From the NCBI GenBank assembly GCA_937871295.1, contig CALMRE010000243.1, forward strand, positions 1,027-65,026: DNA of 64,000 nt. Direction: 5' to 3'. The translations under genes and the position numbers were made by a program. Position 1 is the stretch's first letter, and each line of letters opens with the position of its first letter. A model generated the notes under the pieces. That model was given only the letters and a program-made list of their open reading frames with translations. It had not been told where the DNA came from and ran no database searches. The stretch is from an uncultured bacterium. Its GTDB lineage: Bacteria; UBP6; UBA1177; JAKLFG01. Shown here one piece after another: positions 1 through 10,385 of this stretch.

Positions 1-53
1 GCCTTTATCACCCGATTGCATTTACTGCATACCGCCATGAATCTCTCCCTTGA

Positions 54-1469
54 TCAGTACCGGTAGTGGTCGCTCTTGAAGGGCCCGTCCACCGGAACGC
101 CGATGTAAGCCGCCTGCTGTTTGGTGAGTTTCGTGAGTTTCGCGCCGAGTTTGGCCAGATGGAGCCGCGCCACCTCTTCGTCGAGTTTCTTGGAGAGGGT
201 GTAGACGCCGACCGCGTATTTATTCTTCCAGAGATCGAGTTGCGCGAGCACCTGATTGGTGAAGGAGTTCGACATCACGAACGAGGGATGACCCGTCGCG
301 TTGCCGAGGTTCACCAGCCGTCCTTCCGACAGCAGAAGGATCGAGTGTCCGTCGGGGAACTGGATCCGGTCGACCTGCGGCTTGATGTTGATCTTCTTGA
401 CGCCCTTGACGGCGTAGAGCGCGTCGACCTGTATCTCGTTGTCGAAATGGCCGATGTTGCAGACGATGGCCATGTTCTTCATCTTCTTCATGTGGTCGAC
501 GGTGATGACATCGCGGTTGCCGGTGGTGGTGACGAAGATGTCGGCGTCGGGCAGGACATCCTCGACGGTGAGGACATCGTAGCCCTCCATCGCCGCCTGC
601 AAAGCGCAGATCGGGTCTATCTCGGTGACCACCACGCGGGCGCCGTAGGAGCGCATCGACTGGGCGCATCCTTTGCCGACATCGCCGTAGCCGCACACCA
701 CCACCATCTTGCCCGCGATCATCACGTCGGTGCCGCGCTTGATGCCGTCGGCGAGCGATTCGCGGCAGCCGTACTTATTATCGAACTTCGACTTGGTGAC
801 CGAATCGTTGACATTGATGGCGGGGAAGAGCAGTTTTCCCTCCTTCATCATCTCGTAGAGGCGGTGGACGCCGGTGGTGGTCTCTTCGCTGACGCCGCGC
901 AGACCTTTGACCATGTCGCGCCATTTGGTCGGGTTCTTCTTCTGTTCACGGGCGAGGATGCCCATCACGATATCGAGTTCGCGGTTGCCCGTTTTTTTGC
1001 CGATGAGCTTCGGATCTTTTTCGATCTCCACCCCTTTGTGGATCATGAGCGTCGCGTCGCCGCCGTCGTCGACGATGAGGTTCGGCCCCTTCCCTTTGGG
1101 AAAACTGAGTGCTTTGAGGGTGCATTCCCAGTACTCTTCAAGCGTCTCCCCTTTCCACGCGAAGACCGGCACGCCGGCCGCCGCGATGGCCGCCGCCGCG
1201 TGATCCTGCGTCGAGAAGATGTTGCACGAGGCCCAGCGGACATCGGCGCCGAGCGCCCGAAGCGTTTCGATGAGGACCGCCGTTTCGACCGTCATGTGGA
1301 GCGAGCCGGTGATGCGCGCCCCTTTGAGCGGCTTTGTCTTCGCGTAGCGTTCCCGCACCGCCATGAGCCCCGGCATCTCGATCTCGGCCAGTTCTATCGC
1401 CTTGCGGCCCGCATCCTTGAGGGCGATGTCGCGTACCTGATAGTCTTTCACGCTCTTCTCCTTACACAA
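54..1469 (-). CDS. ahcY: S-adenosyl-L-homocysteine hydrolase (adenosylhomocysteinase)
   Basis: 471-aa ORF. N-terminal [29 protein letters not shown] and the NAD-binding [10 protein letters not shown] region are typical of the AhcY family. Confidence 0.9.
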   Translation of the reverse strand: MCKEKSVKDYQVRDIALKDAGRKAIELAEIEMPGLMAVRERYAKTKPLKGARITGSLHMTVETAVLIETLRALGADVRWASCNIFSTQDHAAAAIAAAGVPVFAWKGETLEEYWECTLKALSFPKGKGPNLIVDDGGDATLMIHKGVEIEKDPKLIGKKTGNRELDIVMGILAREQKKNPTKWRDMVKGLRGVSEETTTGVHRLYEMMKEGKLLFPAINVNDSVTKSKFDNKYGCRESLADGIKRGTDVMIAGKMVVVCGYGDVGKGCAQSMRSYGARVVVTEIDPICALQAAMEGYDVLTVEDVLPDADIFVTTTGNRDVITVDHMKKMKNMAIVCNIGHFDNEIQVDALYAVKGVKKINIKPQVDRIQFPDGHSILLLSEGRLVNLGNATGHPSFVMSNSFTNQVLAQLDLWKNKYAVGVYTLSKKLDEEVARLHLAKLGAKLTKLTKQQAAYIGVPVDGPFKSDHYRY

Positions 1470-1530
1470 TAGTTCAACGAACAGGTCCCGCTATCATAAC
1501 CGGAACGCGGTGAATGGCAAAAAAAGAGCG

Positions 1531-3018
1531 CTATTCGCTTTTCCAGAGCGGAGAGAACTGATAGGAGAGTTTCGACGGAATGCCGCGCGCGAACAGTTCT
1601 CCCAGTGTCGACGGAAGGACCTGCCGCAGAAGCGTGCCCCCCTCATCGCCGCCCGCCAGCAGATCGGCGATCCGCCCGTCCATGACCACCGTGTAGTCGC
1701 GGTCGGGATCGAACCGGCCGTCGGCGAACCGGAACACCCCGTCCGGCTGCACGGTATAATAGAGAGGAAAGAGCGAAGCGGCCATGTCGGGATATCGCTC
1801 CCACGCTCCCTGCAGCAGATCGGCCAGCCGCGATCCGGAAAGGGTCGCGAGCACCGGATGGCGGTCGACCGGCACCAGCGCGTCTATCCCGCCCAGCGTA
1901 AGCGCCGTTCCCGGCTCGTGCCGGTAGGAGGAGACCGGCGTAAGCGCGATCGAAAGTTCGGCGCTCTTTCCCGCCGCCGCCGCCGCGGCAAGAAGGGTCT
2001 CGTGCAGGAACCGGGCCGCGACCGTATCGCCCTTGCGGGAGGCCGCGAGCTCCAGCGTGAACCACGGGGTACCGATGACCCGCTCTTTGGCCCGGTTGAG
2101 CGCCCTGTCGAACGCGGCGGCGACATCGCGCGTCGGCGCGTCGGGCGCGACCTTATCGAGCGCCAGCGGGTAGGTGTCGAGCGATACGACCACCCCGCGC
2201 ATCCCGGTATCGTGCTTGATCATCCGGACCCGGGTGAGCGACAGCGCCGCCCCTTTCCGGTCAAGCGCGATGAAGCGGGTGCCGCCCGCCGTATCGGGGA
2301 CCAGCGCCGCTGGAAAACGGTCGTTCATCACCACCAGCGACAGATGGGGGAACCGGGTGTGGAGCGACAGGAGGACATCGGAGGGCTCCACGCCGAAGCG
2401 GGTCGAAAGGTCGGCCAGATCGGCCCGGAGCGTGAGTACGCTGAAGTCGGCGGGCTCCCCGTCGTGCGGCCGCGAGCCTCCGGCGAACGGATTGTCGAAG
2501 GTCATGCCGTCAAAGAGCGCCGGGGGCATGAGCGGCGCCTCCGGAGCGGCCGTCAGGCCATAAAGCGCCAGCGAAAGACCGTTCTGTTCAAGCCGCTTCC
2601 CGCCGCCGATACCGTGCAGATTGTCGGTCAGAACGGCCGCGCCCGAAGAGCGCAGGAACCGCCGTACCGTCTGCGGACCCAGCAGAAAGACATCGGGCGA
2701 CAGATTGATGAAGCGATAACCGCCCGCCGCGAGGAAGTGCGCCTCGGGGAGTTCGAGCGACGCCTCCCGCCGGGCGATACGGTCGGCGGCGGTCATAGCG
2801 AACAGCCCGCCGTTGTCGATGATGACGATATCGCCGCCGCACGAACGCGACGCCTCCTTGATCGCCGTCACGGCGCGCGGCAGGAGGCCGGGGACGCGGC
2901 CGATATCGTTGGTGACCGCGATGCAGAACTCCACCTCGCGGTACCCGGTCAATTTATCGTAGAGATAATAGCCCGCGGCGATCGCGGCGATCGCCAGCGC
3001 AAGCAGCAGTTTCTTCAC
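1531..3018 (-). CDS. membrane-anchored or secreted hypothetical protein, possibly a degenerate metallophosphatase/5'-nucleotidase-like protein
   Basis: 495-aa ORF with an N-terminal hydrophobic helix. VTNDIGR and IIDNGGLF resemble the TNDxHG and DxGD phosphoesterase motifs, but the catalytic His is missing. The function call is inference only. Confidence 0.35.
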   Translation of the reverse strand: MKKLLLALAIAAIAAGYYLYDKLTGYREVEFCIAVTNDIGRVPGLLPRAVTAIKEASRSCGGDIVIIDNGGLFAMTAADRIARREASLELPEAHFLAAGGYRFINLSPDVFLLGPQTVRRFLRSSGAAVLTDNLHGIGGGKRLEQNGLSLALYGLTAAPEAPLMPPALFDGMTFDNPFAGGSRPHDGEPADFSVLTLRADLADLSTRFGVEPSDVLLSLHTRFPHLSLVVMNDRFPAALVPDTAGGTRFIALDRKGAALSLTRVRMIKHDTGMRGVVVSLDTYPLALDKVAPDAPTRDVAAAFDRALNRAKERVIGTPWFTLELAASRKGDTVAARFLHETLLAAAAAAGKSAELSIALTPVSSYRHEPGTALTLGGIDALVPVDRHPVLATLSGSRLADLLQGAWERYPDMAASLFPLYYTVQPDGVFRFADGRFDPDRDYTVVMDGRIADLLAGGDEGGTLLRQVLPSTLGELFARGIPSKLSYQFSPLWKSE

Positions 3019-3113
3019 GGCCTTCCTCCGTCCGCGGCGATGATATATCGCTACGGCTAAAAAGTCCAGAAGCCTCTCTTTGACAAACGGCGCCGCTTTC
3101 TTATGATGGTCGC

Positions 3114-4742
3114 ATGATGCGTTATCTCCTACCCCCTTCGTTTTTCTTCGCCGCCTACTTCGCCGGCGCTCTGCTGATACTGCCGGCGGGCATCATCGCC
3201 CTTGCGCTCTTCCTCCTCAAACGCCCCGAAGCGGGTATCGTCATCGCCTGTCTCGCCTTCGCGACCGGCGGCCACCTCATCGCCCTGCGCGACACCCTGC
3301 CCGCGACCGAAACGGTGGCGGTAACCTTCGCCGACAGCGAGATCATCCGGCTCGAGAACGGCATGATCCTCCGTCACGACGGGAGCACCGTGCCGCGAGA
3401 GGGGGTCGAGATACGCTTCCTTGATTCGGCGATCGTCCGCGGTCAGGGGACACCCCTCCTCGCCGCCTTCGATATCGTGCCGGAACGGTCTGTGCGACTC
3501 CGGCTCGCCGACTTCATACGCGTTCGGAGCGACTCGACCATACTGCTCGCCTTCGCGACCGGCAAACGGCTTTTCTCCCCCGCCGAACGGGCCGCGTTCC
3601 TCAAGACCGGGACCATGCATATCGTCGCGATATCGGCGTTTCATATAGGAATGCTGTTCCTCCTGCTTCACTTTGCCGGACGGCTCCTCGCACTCCTGCG
3701 GACCGTCCCCCCGCGGACGATCCTCCTTCTCACCGTAGCGCTCAAGACGCTGGTGCTGTTCTGGTACCTCTCGCTCACCGGCTGGGCGACGCCGACCCTG
3801 CGCGCGGCGCTGTTCGTACTGCTGTTCGACCTGTTCCTCACCGTCGGCATCACCGCCCATTCGTTCCAGATATTCCTGCTGTCGCTCCTCCTCACCGCCT
3901 CGCTGATCCCGAAGAGTCTCACCAGTTGGAGTTTCGTGATGAGCGCGCTGTCGGTCTTCGCCGTCATCACCCTGTGGAGCCGCCTGTCGCGGTCGTCGAT
4001 CGTCTCGATAACGGCCCTCACGATCATCATCAACTTCCTGCTGATACCGGTCTCGGCCGAACTTTCCGGTTTTGTGCCGCTCCTCGCGCCGCTGGCGAAT
4101 CTGATCACCATACCGCTGGCGGGACTGCTTACGGCGCTCCTGCTCCCGGTGCAGATACTCTTCCCCTTCCTCCCGCGGCTCGCCGAGCTGCTGCTCCTGC
4201 CGGCCGATCTGGTGGCCCGCGTGGTCTCCGAGGATCTGCGTTATCTGGCGACCCTCTCCGACGCGACCCTCCTCCCTCTGCGGCAGGCGGGCGCGTTCTG
4301 GGCGCTTCTGTTCTACACCGCCGCCGCCGCCGCGCTTCTTTCGACCGGCGTCGTCCGCCGGATAGCCATCGCCCTCCTGTTCCTGCCGGTGCTTCCCTTC
4401 TTCATCGTACCGCTCCCCGAACGGGGCATCGAACGGATACACAGCCTGCCGGGCGAAGCCTACTGCGTCCGCGAAGGCTACGGCGCGGGGCGCATCGTCG
4501 AAACGGCGCGCTACAACTTTCCCGCCGACTATGTCCAGCGCAAGCTCGACACCTTCTCCACCGCCGTCGAACGCGATCTGGCGCGGTGCGGCATCACCCA
4601 GCTGACGACGCTCCATCTGCGCGGCCCGATACCGTCGCGGACCCTGACCGAACTGCGTAAACGGCCCCGCTTCCGCGACCTGACGCTCCACCTCATTGAA
4701 CCGGTGACCCCCGGCGCTCCGCGCGACGACCCATCTTTTTGA
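3114..4742 (+). CDS. ComEC/Rec2-family polytopic membrane protein (competence domain only, no beta-lactamase domain)
   Basis: 542-aa ORF with many transmembrane segments. The MHIVAISAFHIGML block resembles the ComEC competence-domain SGLH motif. Confidence 0.55.
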   Translation: MMRYLLPPSFFFAAYFAGALLILPAGIIALALFLLKRPEAGIVIACLAFATGGHLIALRDTLPATETVAVTFADSEIIRLENGMILRHDGSTVPREGVEIRFLDSAIVRGQGTPLLAAFDIVPERSVRLRLADFIRVRSDSTILLAFATGKRLFSPAERAAFLKTGTMHIVAISAFHIGMLFLLLHFAGRLLALLRTVPPRTILLLTVALKTLVLFWYLSLTGWATPTLRAALFVLLFDLFLTVGITAHSFQIFLLSLLLTASLIPKSLTSWSFVMSALSVFAVITLWSRLSRSSIVSITALTIIINFLLIPVSAELSGFVPLLAPLANLITIPLAGLLTALLLPVQILFPFLPRLAELLLLPADLVARVVSEDLRYLATLSDATLLPLRQAGAFWALLFYTAAAAALLSTGVVRRIAIALLFLPVLPFFIVPLPERGIERIHSLPGEAYCVREGYGAGRIVETARYNFPADYVQRKLDTFSTAVERDLARCGITQLTTLHLRGPIPSRTLTELRKRPRFRDLTLHLIEPVTPGAPRDDPSF

Positions 4743-4894
4743 GAGATGTCTGTGATAGGAAAAGGTCAAATGTCTTATGTCGAGGACTGACCCCTCTCGT
4801 CTCCTTTTCTTCTTTTTGACTTTCGCCCCTTCATCTGATACCATTCGCCGCGGTTTTCCTATTGAATTAGGGAAACGCGCGCGCTGAATGAATT

Positions 4895-6346
4895 ATGAGG
4901 ACCGAAATGCCGGCCGACACCCGCCCCAACATCCTGCTCGTCCTCGACTCGGCCCCCGAAGAACCGGGCGCGCCGAACCTCTTCAACGCGTGGGTGGCCG
5001 ATCTCATCCGCGAACTGCGCCGGTACTGCCGTCTGTCGATCTTCCATCCCGTCATATCGACCATCGGCCCCTTCTACCGTATGCGGCGCGAGTCGAAGGA
5101 AGGGATCGACCGCTTCGTCACCACGGTCCCCTACAAATACGCCTCCTTCTCCGAAACCTTCCGCAATCCGGCGATGGAGGAACTCTTCGCCGCGGTCATC
5201 GGCGAAAGCGATTTCGACCTCTGCCATATCGTATCGCTACGCAATCACTCGTTCGGCTATCCCCTCATCGCCCACGGCGCGGGACTGCCGCTCGCGCTGA
5301 CGGTCGCCGACGGCTGGCTCCGCTGCCCCCTCCGCTACCGGCGCGGCTGCGCCGACGGCTACAGCCCCCGCGACCACGCGTGCGACCTGCGGCTCTCCAA
5401 CTTCGTCGCGAGCCCCTTCTCCTTTCTCGCCACGAGCATCGAGGAACTCTTCAAGCCGCGCCGCAATCACTGGTGGTTCGAGGAGACGGGACGCTATTCC
5501 TTCTTCTACAACCGCGACCCGCTCGAACAGGTCTCCCGCGAAGCCCTGCGGCAACGCGACGCCCTCCTGCGCGAAATGCTCCCCTATGTGGACCGCTTCC
5601 ACTTCCTTTCCGAACACCTCCACCGCGCGTGGTACGGCGACCTGATACCGCCCGACCGCGTGACCGTCATGGCGCAGGGGATACCGGCCGCGCGGGTGAT
5701 CGACAGCCGCCCCTTCGAGATACACGGCGGCATCTCCTTCGGCTTCATCGGCGATCTCATCCCCGAAGAGGGTGTCGGCGAACTGATCGAGGCCTTCAAC
5801 GCGGTGCGCGATCGCGGCCTGCCCACCACGCTCCATCTGTACGGCGAACTCTATCACAACGACGACTACGCCCGGTGGCTCAAGAAACTCTGCCACAGTC
5901 CCGCCGTCACGTTCCACGGCGCGATCGACAACAGCCGTATCGGGGCGATACTCGACACCATCGATGCGCTCATCCTGCCGGCGCGCTGGCCGCGGCCCGA
6001 CACCTGGCTCGCGGCGCAGGCGATGGCCCGGCGCAAGGCGGTCATCGCGGCGGAGGGCACCGCGGCGGCCGAACTGGTCAGGAAGAAACGGCGCGGCGTG
6101 GTACTCAAGGAGACGACCCCCGCCGATATCGAACAGGTGGTCGCCGACCTTGAGATCGACCGGAAGAAGTTATATTATTTCATGCGCATCGCCGAAAGCG
6201 AACAGTTCCTCTCGATCACCGAGAACGTGCAGGAACTGCTGGCTCTTTATCTGGCGCATATGCGGCGGCCCGTCCGGGCCGAGGAAACGACGCTGACCCG
6301 GCGACTGGGCCGCAAGCGGGTCGAACGATTGAGAGGTACCGCATGA
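4895..6346 (+). CDS. glycosyltransferase family 4 (GT1-type C-terminal domain)
   Basis: 483-aa ORF. The C-terminal FGFIGDLIPEEGVGELIEAF...LHLYGE...ALILPARWP region resembles the GT4 Glycos_transf_1 domain. The start could instead be the ATG at 4907. Confidence 0.6.
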   Translation: MRTEMPADTRPNILLVLDSAPEEPGAPNLFNAWVADLIRELRRYCRLSIFHPVISTIGPFYRMRRESKEGIDRFVTTVPYKYASFSETFRNPAMEELFAAVIGESDFDLCHIVSLRNHSFGYPLIAHGAGLPLALTVADGWLRCPLRYRRGCADGYSPRDHACDLRLSNFVASPFSFLATSIEELFKPRRNHWWFEETGRYSFFYNRDPLEQVSREALRQRDALLREMLPYVDRFHFLSEHLHRAWYGDLIPPDRVTVMAQGIPAARVIDSRPFEIHGGISFGFIGDLIPEEGVGELIEAFNAVRDRGLPTTLHLYGELYHNDDYARWLKKLCHSPAVTFHGAIDNSRIGAILDTIDALILPARWPRPDTWLAAQAMARRKAVIAAEGTAAAELVRKKRRGVVLKETTPADIEQVVADLEIDRKKLYYFMRIAESEQFLSITENVQELLALYLAHMRRPVRAEETTLTRRLGRKRVERLRGTA

Positions 6347-6972
6347 CCGGAAAACGGATCGACATCGAGGTATCGACGCTGGGCAAAGCCTTCGTCATCT
6401 TCGTGCTGCTGCTCATCCTGTCGTTCGTTCTGGGCCTCTATCTCGGCCGCGAATCGAACAAGGGAGCGCCGATACCCGACGGCGGCCCGGCGCGCGACGA
6501 GCAGCTGACCGCGTGCAGTTACAAACTGCAGGAACTGACCGGAAAACTCTCCGCGCTGACCACCCTCGCCCACGACAAGGGACTGCTCGATCAGAACGGC
6601 ATGGCGGTGCGCGACATCGCCTGCACCGCTCCCGCGAAGCCGGCCCCGGTGCCGGCCGAAACGCCGAAGGTCGAGACCCCGAAGGCCGAGCCCGTGAAGG
6701 TCGAGACCCTCAAGAGCGCGCCGCCCCAGAAACCCCAGAAGACGGCCCCCTGCAAACTGGCGCTGCAATTGTTCGCCGACCGCGACCGCGACCGGGCGCT
6801 GGCGGTACAGGAGAAACTGAAGATAAAACCGACGCGGCTGGTCGAGGGGAATGTCAACGGCGTCTCTTGGTACCGGATACGCTACGGGTGTTACGCCGAT
6901 AAGGCGGCGGCCGAAGCGGGCATAGAAGAACTTATGAAATCGGGCGCCCGCCCGATCATCGTGAACGAATGA
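6343..6972 (+). CDS. SPOR-domain (peptidoglycan-binding) membrane-anchored protein
   Basis: N-terminal TM helix, a Pro/Lys/Glu-rich linker, and a C-terminal LQLFADRDRDRALAVQEKL...VSWYRIRYGCYADKAAAEAG block matching the SPOR repeat pattern. Confidence 0.6.
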   Translation: MTGKRIDIEVSTLGKAFVIFVLLLILSFVLGLYLGRESNKGAPIPDGGPARDEQLTACSYKLQELTGKLSALTTLAHDKGLLDQNGMAVRDIACTAPAKPAPVPAETPKVETPKAEPVKVETLKSAPPQKPQKTAPCKLALQLFADRDRDRALAVQEKLKIKPTRLVEGNVNGVSWYRIRYGCYADKAAAEAGIEELMKSGARPIIVNE

Positions 6973-7007
6973 GAAAAGTTGCATACCGCCATGCGGGGGA
7001 GAGCATC

Positions 7008-8987
7008 ATGAAAAAGATCGCCATCGCGTTCGCCGTTGTCGCCTGTTGCGTCACCGTCGTCGCTCAGGAACCGGCGCCCGTTGAAGCGGTCCCGGCGACC
7101 GAGACGCCGGCCGCGGCCGACCCGGCGCCCCAGACCGCCCTCGAAACACTCGAAGGCGAAGAGCCGCCCGCCCCGGAACCGATGGAGGGCGAACAGGCCC
7201 CCGCCGCGCCCGCGCCGCAGGAGGAACAACCGGAACAGGCCGCCGGCGTCGCCGAGCCGCTCCCGGCGCCTGTTGCGCCCCCCGCCGAACAGCAGCCTCC
7301 CGTAGAGGCGGCGGCGCCCGCCGAAGAGCCGCCCGCCGCCGAACAGGCCGCCGCCCCGGCGGCGGCGGAACCGCAGATCGCCGCTCCGGCGCAGGCCCAG
7401 CCGCAGGGCGAACAGAAACCGGAAGAAAAGAAAAAAGAGGAGAAGAAATTCGTCAAGGGGGAGATATCGAATGTCGGCGCCCGCGACATCGTCTACCCCT
7501 ACAACAGCCTCGGTATCGGCACCGGCATCACCTTCATCGGGCAGGACCTGTTCCTCACGCTCGATCCCCGTTTCGTCTACAACAAGAACGACTTCAACAT
7601 GCTCATGGCCTTCCATCTGCCGATCAACATCCGGATGTTCAGCACCGACCTCAACCGCGCCGCCGACGAGAACTTCACCCTGCGCGAAGAGGACTGGGAC
7701 GAGTGGCAGGACTACTTCCGCATCATCAAATACATCCAGTACGGCCGCTCCGAGGACACCTTCTACACCGCCATCGGCTCCAACATCGCACAGTCGCTCG
7801 GCCACGGCACCATCATGAAGCGCTATGTCCCCAACTTCGATCCGAACTTCACGAAGATATCGTTCAAACTGAACTACTACAACGACTATGTCGGCTTTGA
7901 GACGGTGCTGGGCGACGTGACCGACGGCAATATGTTCGGCGCGCTGTTCTTCGTCAAGCCGCTTTCGTGGCTGGCCAAGGACGAAAGCGACTACATGGCC
8001 CGCTCCTTCTCCATCGGCTTCACCTTCGCGGGAGACCGCAAGGCGCCGACGATGATCGACTATGTCGACTATGTTTTCAGCACCCCGGGCGGCGGCACCG
8101 TGGTGATGGACGGCAACGACCCCGCGTGGCCCGCCGGACTCAACCGGCGCATCCAGGTCGACAAGAAGGGTCGCCCCATCGTCATGGACGACGAATTCGT
8201 CTACCTGATGGGGCTCGATACCGAGTTCAAGTTCTTCAAGAACGAATATGTCGATCTCAAGACCTACGTCGACTACAGTTGGATGAAGACCGATCCGGCG
8301 CGCGGCGGCTTCACCTTCGGCCTGCTGGGCCGGTTCAACCTCGACAAGGAGCGCGAACACATCATGCGGACCCGGATCGAGGCGCGCGCCTACAACGGCC
8401 GCTACATCCCGTCGTTCTTCGATACCTTCTACGACATCGAACGCTACGAGATGATGACCAACATCGCCGGCGTGAGCGACTTCGCCCCCAACGGCTACAG
8501 CAAATACCATATGCTCTCGCTCCAGCCCGACAAGTTCTTCTTCTCGCTGTACGCCGAACTCACCTACACTTATGTCGACTGGATAACGATATCGCTCGGC
8601 ATGGAGCAACTCCGCAAGTCGACCTCGGTCTACGCCCACCTCGAGTTCCCCGATCTCTGGATCTTCAAGGGGATGCTCTCCTACTACCAGCGCGGCATCC
8701 TCAAGCCCGAGGACTTCGTCGAGAATTTCGACTACAGCGCCATGTTCCGCGGCGTGGTCCGCATCGAACTGCTGCCGATCCTGTTCCTCAACGCCTACAT
8801 CGGCAAACAGTGGGCCTTCTGGCCCGAGAACAAGCCGCGGCAGGATGAACTGCAGGGGCACTACCTCTCCAGTTGGGACCTCGGCGCCGATATCGAGATC
8901 GGCTGGGAATGGGGCGGCGACGACGAAGAGGAGGAAAAGAAGAAAGAGGAGGAGGCCGCGAAGGCCGAAGAGGAGAAGAAGGAGTAA
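7008..8987 (+). CDS. secreted protein with an N-terminal PAPE-rich low-complexity region, an aromatic-rich (possibly beta-barrel) domain and a C-terminal poly-Glu/Lys tail
   Basis: The ATG at 7008 follows a purine-rich SD. There is a signal peptide (MKKIAIAFAVVACCVTVVA), about 140 aa of Pro/Ala/Glu repeats, and the protein ends EEEEKKKEEEAAKAEEEKKE. No recognisable family. Confidence 0.6.
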   Translation: MKKIAIAFAVVACCVTVVAQEPAPVEAVPATETPAAADPAPQTALETLEGEEPPAPEPMEGEQAPAAPAPQEEQPEQAAGVAEPLPAPVAPPAEQQPPVEAAAPAEEPPAAEQAAAPAAAEPQIAAPAQAQPQGEQKPEEKKKEEKKFVKGEISNVGARDIVYPYNSLGIGTGITFIGQDLFLTLDPRFVYNKNDFNMLMAFHLPINIRMFSTDLNRAADENFTLREEDWDEWQDYFRIIKYIQYGRSEDTFYTAIGSNIAQSLGHGTIMKRYVPNFDPNFTKISFKLNYYNDYVGFETVLGDVTDGNMFGALFFVKPLSWLAKDESDYMARSFSIGFTFAGDRKAPTMIDYVDYVFSTPGGGTVVMDGNDPAWPAGLNRRIQVDKKGRPIVMDDEFVYLMGLDTEFKFFKNEYVDLKTYVDYSWMKTDPARGGFTFGLLGRFNLDKEREHIMRTRIEARAYNGRYIPSFFDTFYDIERYEMMTNIAGVSDFAPNGYSKYHMLSLQPDKFFFSLYAELTYTYVDWITISLGMEQLRKSTSVYAHLEFPDLWIFKGMLSYYQRGILKPEDFVENFDYSAMFRGVVRIELLPILFLNAYIGKQWAFWPENKPRQDELQGHYLSSWDLGADIEIGWEWGGDDEEEEKKKEEEAAKAEEEKKE

Positions 8988-9014
8988 CGACCGGCGACGG
9001 TGCGGGAGGTTCCC

Positions 9015-9542
9015 ATGAAAGGTTTATCCACGCTTCTTGCCGCGACGCTCTTCTGGGGCATGCTCGCGGCGGCTGATGTCTATGTCAACGGCGTCAAGGC
9101 CGACGGCCTGACCGCGCAGGAATTCAAGGACTGCACGGTCAAATTCGACGACAAGGGAAGCGTCCACATCACCGCTCCGGGCGTCAAACTGCTCTCCGAA
9201 GCGCCGGTCGACCCGGCGAAACTATCGGCGACCTACTTCGTCGCCTTCACCCTCTCCCAGCCGGCCGCGGGGCCGATACGCCTCATCGTCAACGGCACCG
9301 AGGCCGACATCGTCAAACCGGGCGAGAAAACGAAGATCACCGAGATAACGAAGTTCCTGCGCAAGGGGGTCAACAAGGTGCTGGTGATGGCGGGACCCGA
9401 GAAGACCGCCGTGCCGGTGCAGTTGCTCCTCGGCGCCGGGAAGAACAGCGCCGGCAGTCTCGAACTCACCCCCTCGGTCGACAAACTGCTGCAACTCGCC
9501 GACAAGGGACTTTCCGAAACCTTCGACCTTACGGCCCAATAG
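9015..9542 (+). CDS. secreted hypothetical protein
   Basis: GGGAGG SD at 9004-9009 and a signal peptide (MKGLSTLLAATLFWGMLAAADV). Confidence 0.55.
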   Translation: MKGLSTLLAATLFWGMLAAADVYVNGVKADGLTAQEFKDCTVKFDDKGSVHITAPGVKLLSEAPVDPAKLSATYFVAFTLSQPAAGPIRLIVNGTEADIVKPGEKTKITEITKFLRKGVNKVLVMAGPEKTAVPVQLLLGAGKNSAGSLELTPSVDKLLQLADKGLSETFDLTAQ

Positions 9543-9554
9543 GAGGCGACCCGC

Positions 9555-10385
9555 ATGATATTCCCACACCGCATCCTTCCGGCGACGCTCGCCGCGCTTT
9601 TTTTCCTCGCCTGCGCCACCACCGGCGACAAGATGGTCAGCGACGAAACAAAGGGCGACAGTTACTACCAACTCGGCATAGCGGCGCTCAACAAGGGCGA
9701 TCTGGTCAAGGCGAAACTGCAGATCATGAAGGCGATAGAACTGGCGCCGGTGGTCCCCTACTATCATAATCATCTGGGGATCGTGTATCTGCAGGAACGC
9801 GACTTCGACCGCGCTCAGGCCTGTTTCGAACTCGCCTACAAACTTGACGGCATCTATTCCGACGCGCTCAACAACCTCGGTATCCTGTTCCTCATGAAAG
9901 GCGACATCACCAAGGCGAAGGAATACTTCATGCTGGTGCTCGCCGATCAGATATATCCCTATCCGCACTACGCCGAGACCAATCTCGGCCGCGCCTTCCG
10001 GCTGGAGAAGAACTACGCCGAGGCCCAGAAACATCTGGACAAGGCGCTGAAGTTGAAGGGCACTCACTGCGACGCCTACAAGGAACTGGCCCTTATGTAC
10101 GACGAACGGGGGGAACACGAGAAATCGGTGGAGAACTTCCGGAAGACGGTGCAGTACTGCCCGCGCCATGTCGAGGCGCTCTACCGCGGCGCGGTGAAAC
10201 TGCTGGTCCTCAAGGACACCGACACCGGCACCGCGTGGCTGCGGAGCTGTCTGGAACTGGAGCGCGCCAACACCGCCTCGATAGAGATCCCCTTCCTGCG
10301 GGAATGCGCCAATCTCGCGCGGCAGTACGGCGTCGCGCTCAAGGCGGTCGACGACGGCAAACAACAGATAGACGGCGGTTACTGA
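9555..10385 (+). CDS. TPR-repeat lipoprotein (PilF/PilW-like)
   Basis: Lipobox LFFLAC. There are multiple 34-aa TPR-like repeats (YYQLGIAALNKGDLVKAKLQIMKAIEL, YNNLGILFLMKGDITKAKEYF). Confidence 0.65.
   Translation: MIFPHRILPATLAALFFLACATTGDKMVSDETKGDSYYQLGIAALNKGDLVKAKLQIMKAIELAPVVPYYHNHLGIVYLQERDFDRAQACFELAYKLDGIYSDALNNLGILFLMKGDITKAKEYFMLVLADQIYPYPHYAETNLGRAFRLEKNYAEAQKHLDKALKLKGTHCDAYKELALMYDERGEHEKSVENFRKTVQYCPRHVEALYRGAVKLLVLKDTDTGTAWLRSCLELERANTASIEIPFLRECANLARQYGVALKAVDDGKQQIDGGY

Noticed and set aside
3129-4844. 571-aa ORF antisense to the ComEC-like gene
   Set aside because: It is highly Arg/Gly/Glu-rich low-complexity sequence with no motifs. This is a typical antisense artefact of high-GC coding DNA, whereas the sense-strand product has coherent TM helices.
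6891-8861. 656-aa ORF antisense to the PAPE-repeat protein gene
   Set aside because: Low-complexity Gly/Arg/Leu repeats that mirror the sense-strand Pro/Ala/Glu repeats. The sense strand has a signal peptide and an SD.
10235-10384. Upstream 50-aa extension of the ORF at 10235-10891
   Set aside because: It overlaps the TPR lipoprotein gene out of frame. The ATG at 10385, in an ATGA stop-start overlap, is the more economical start.
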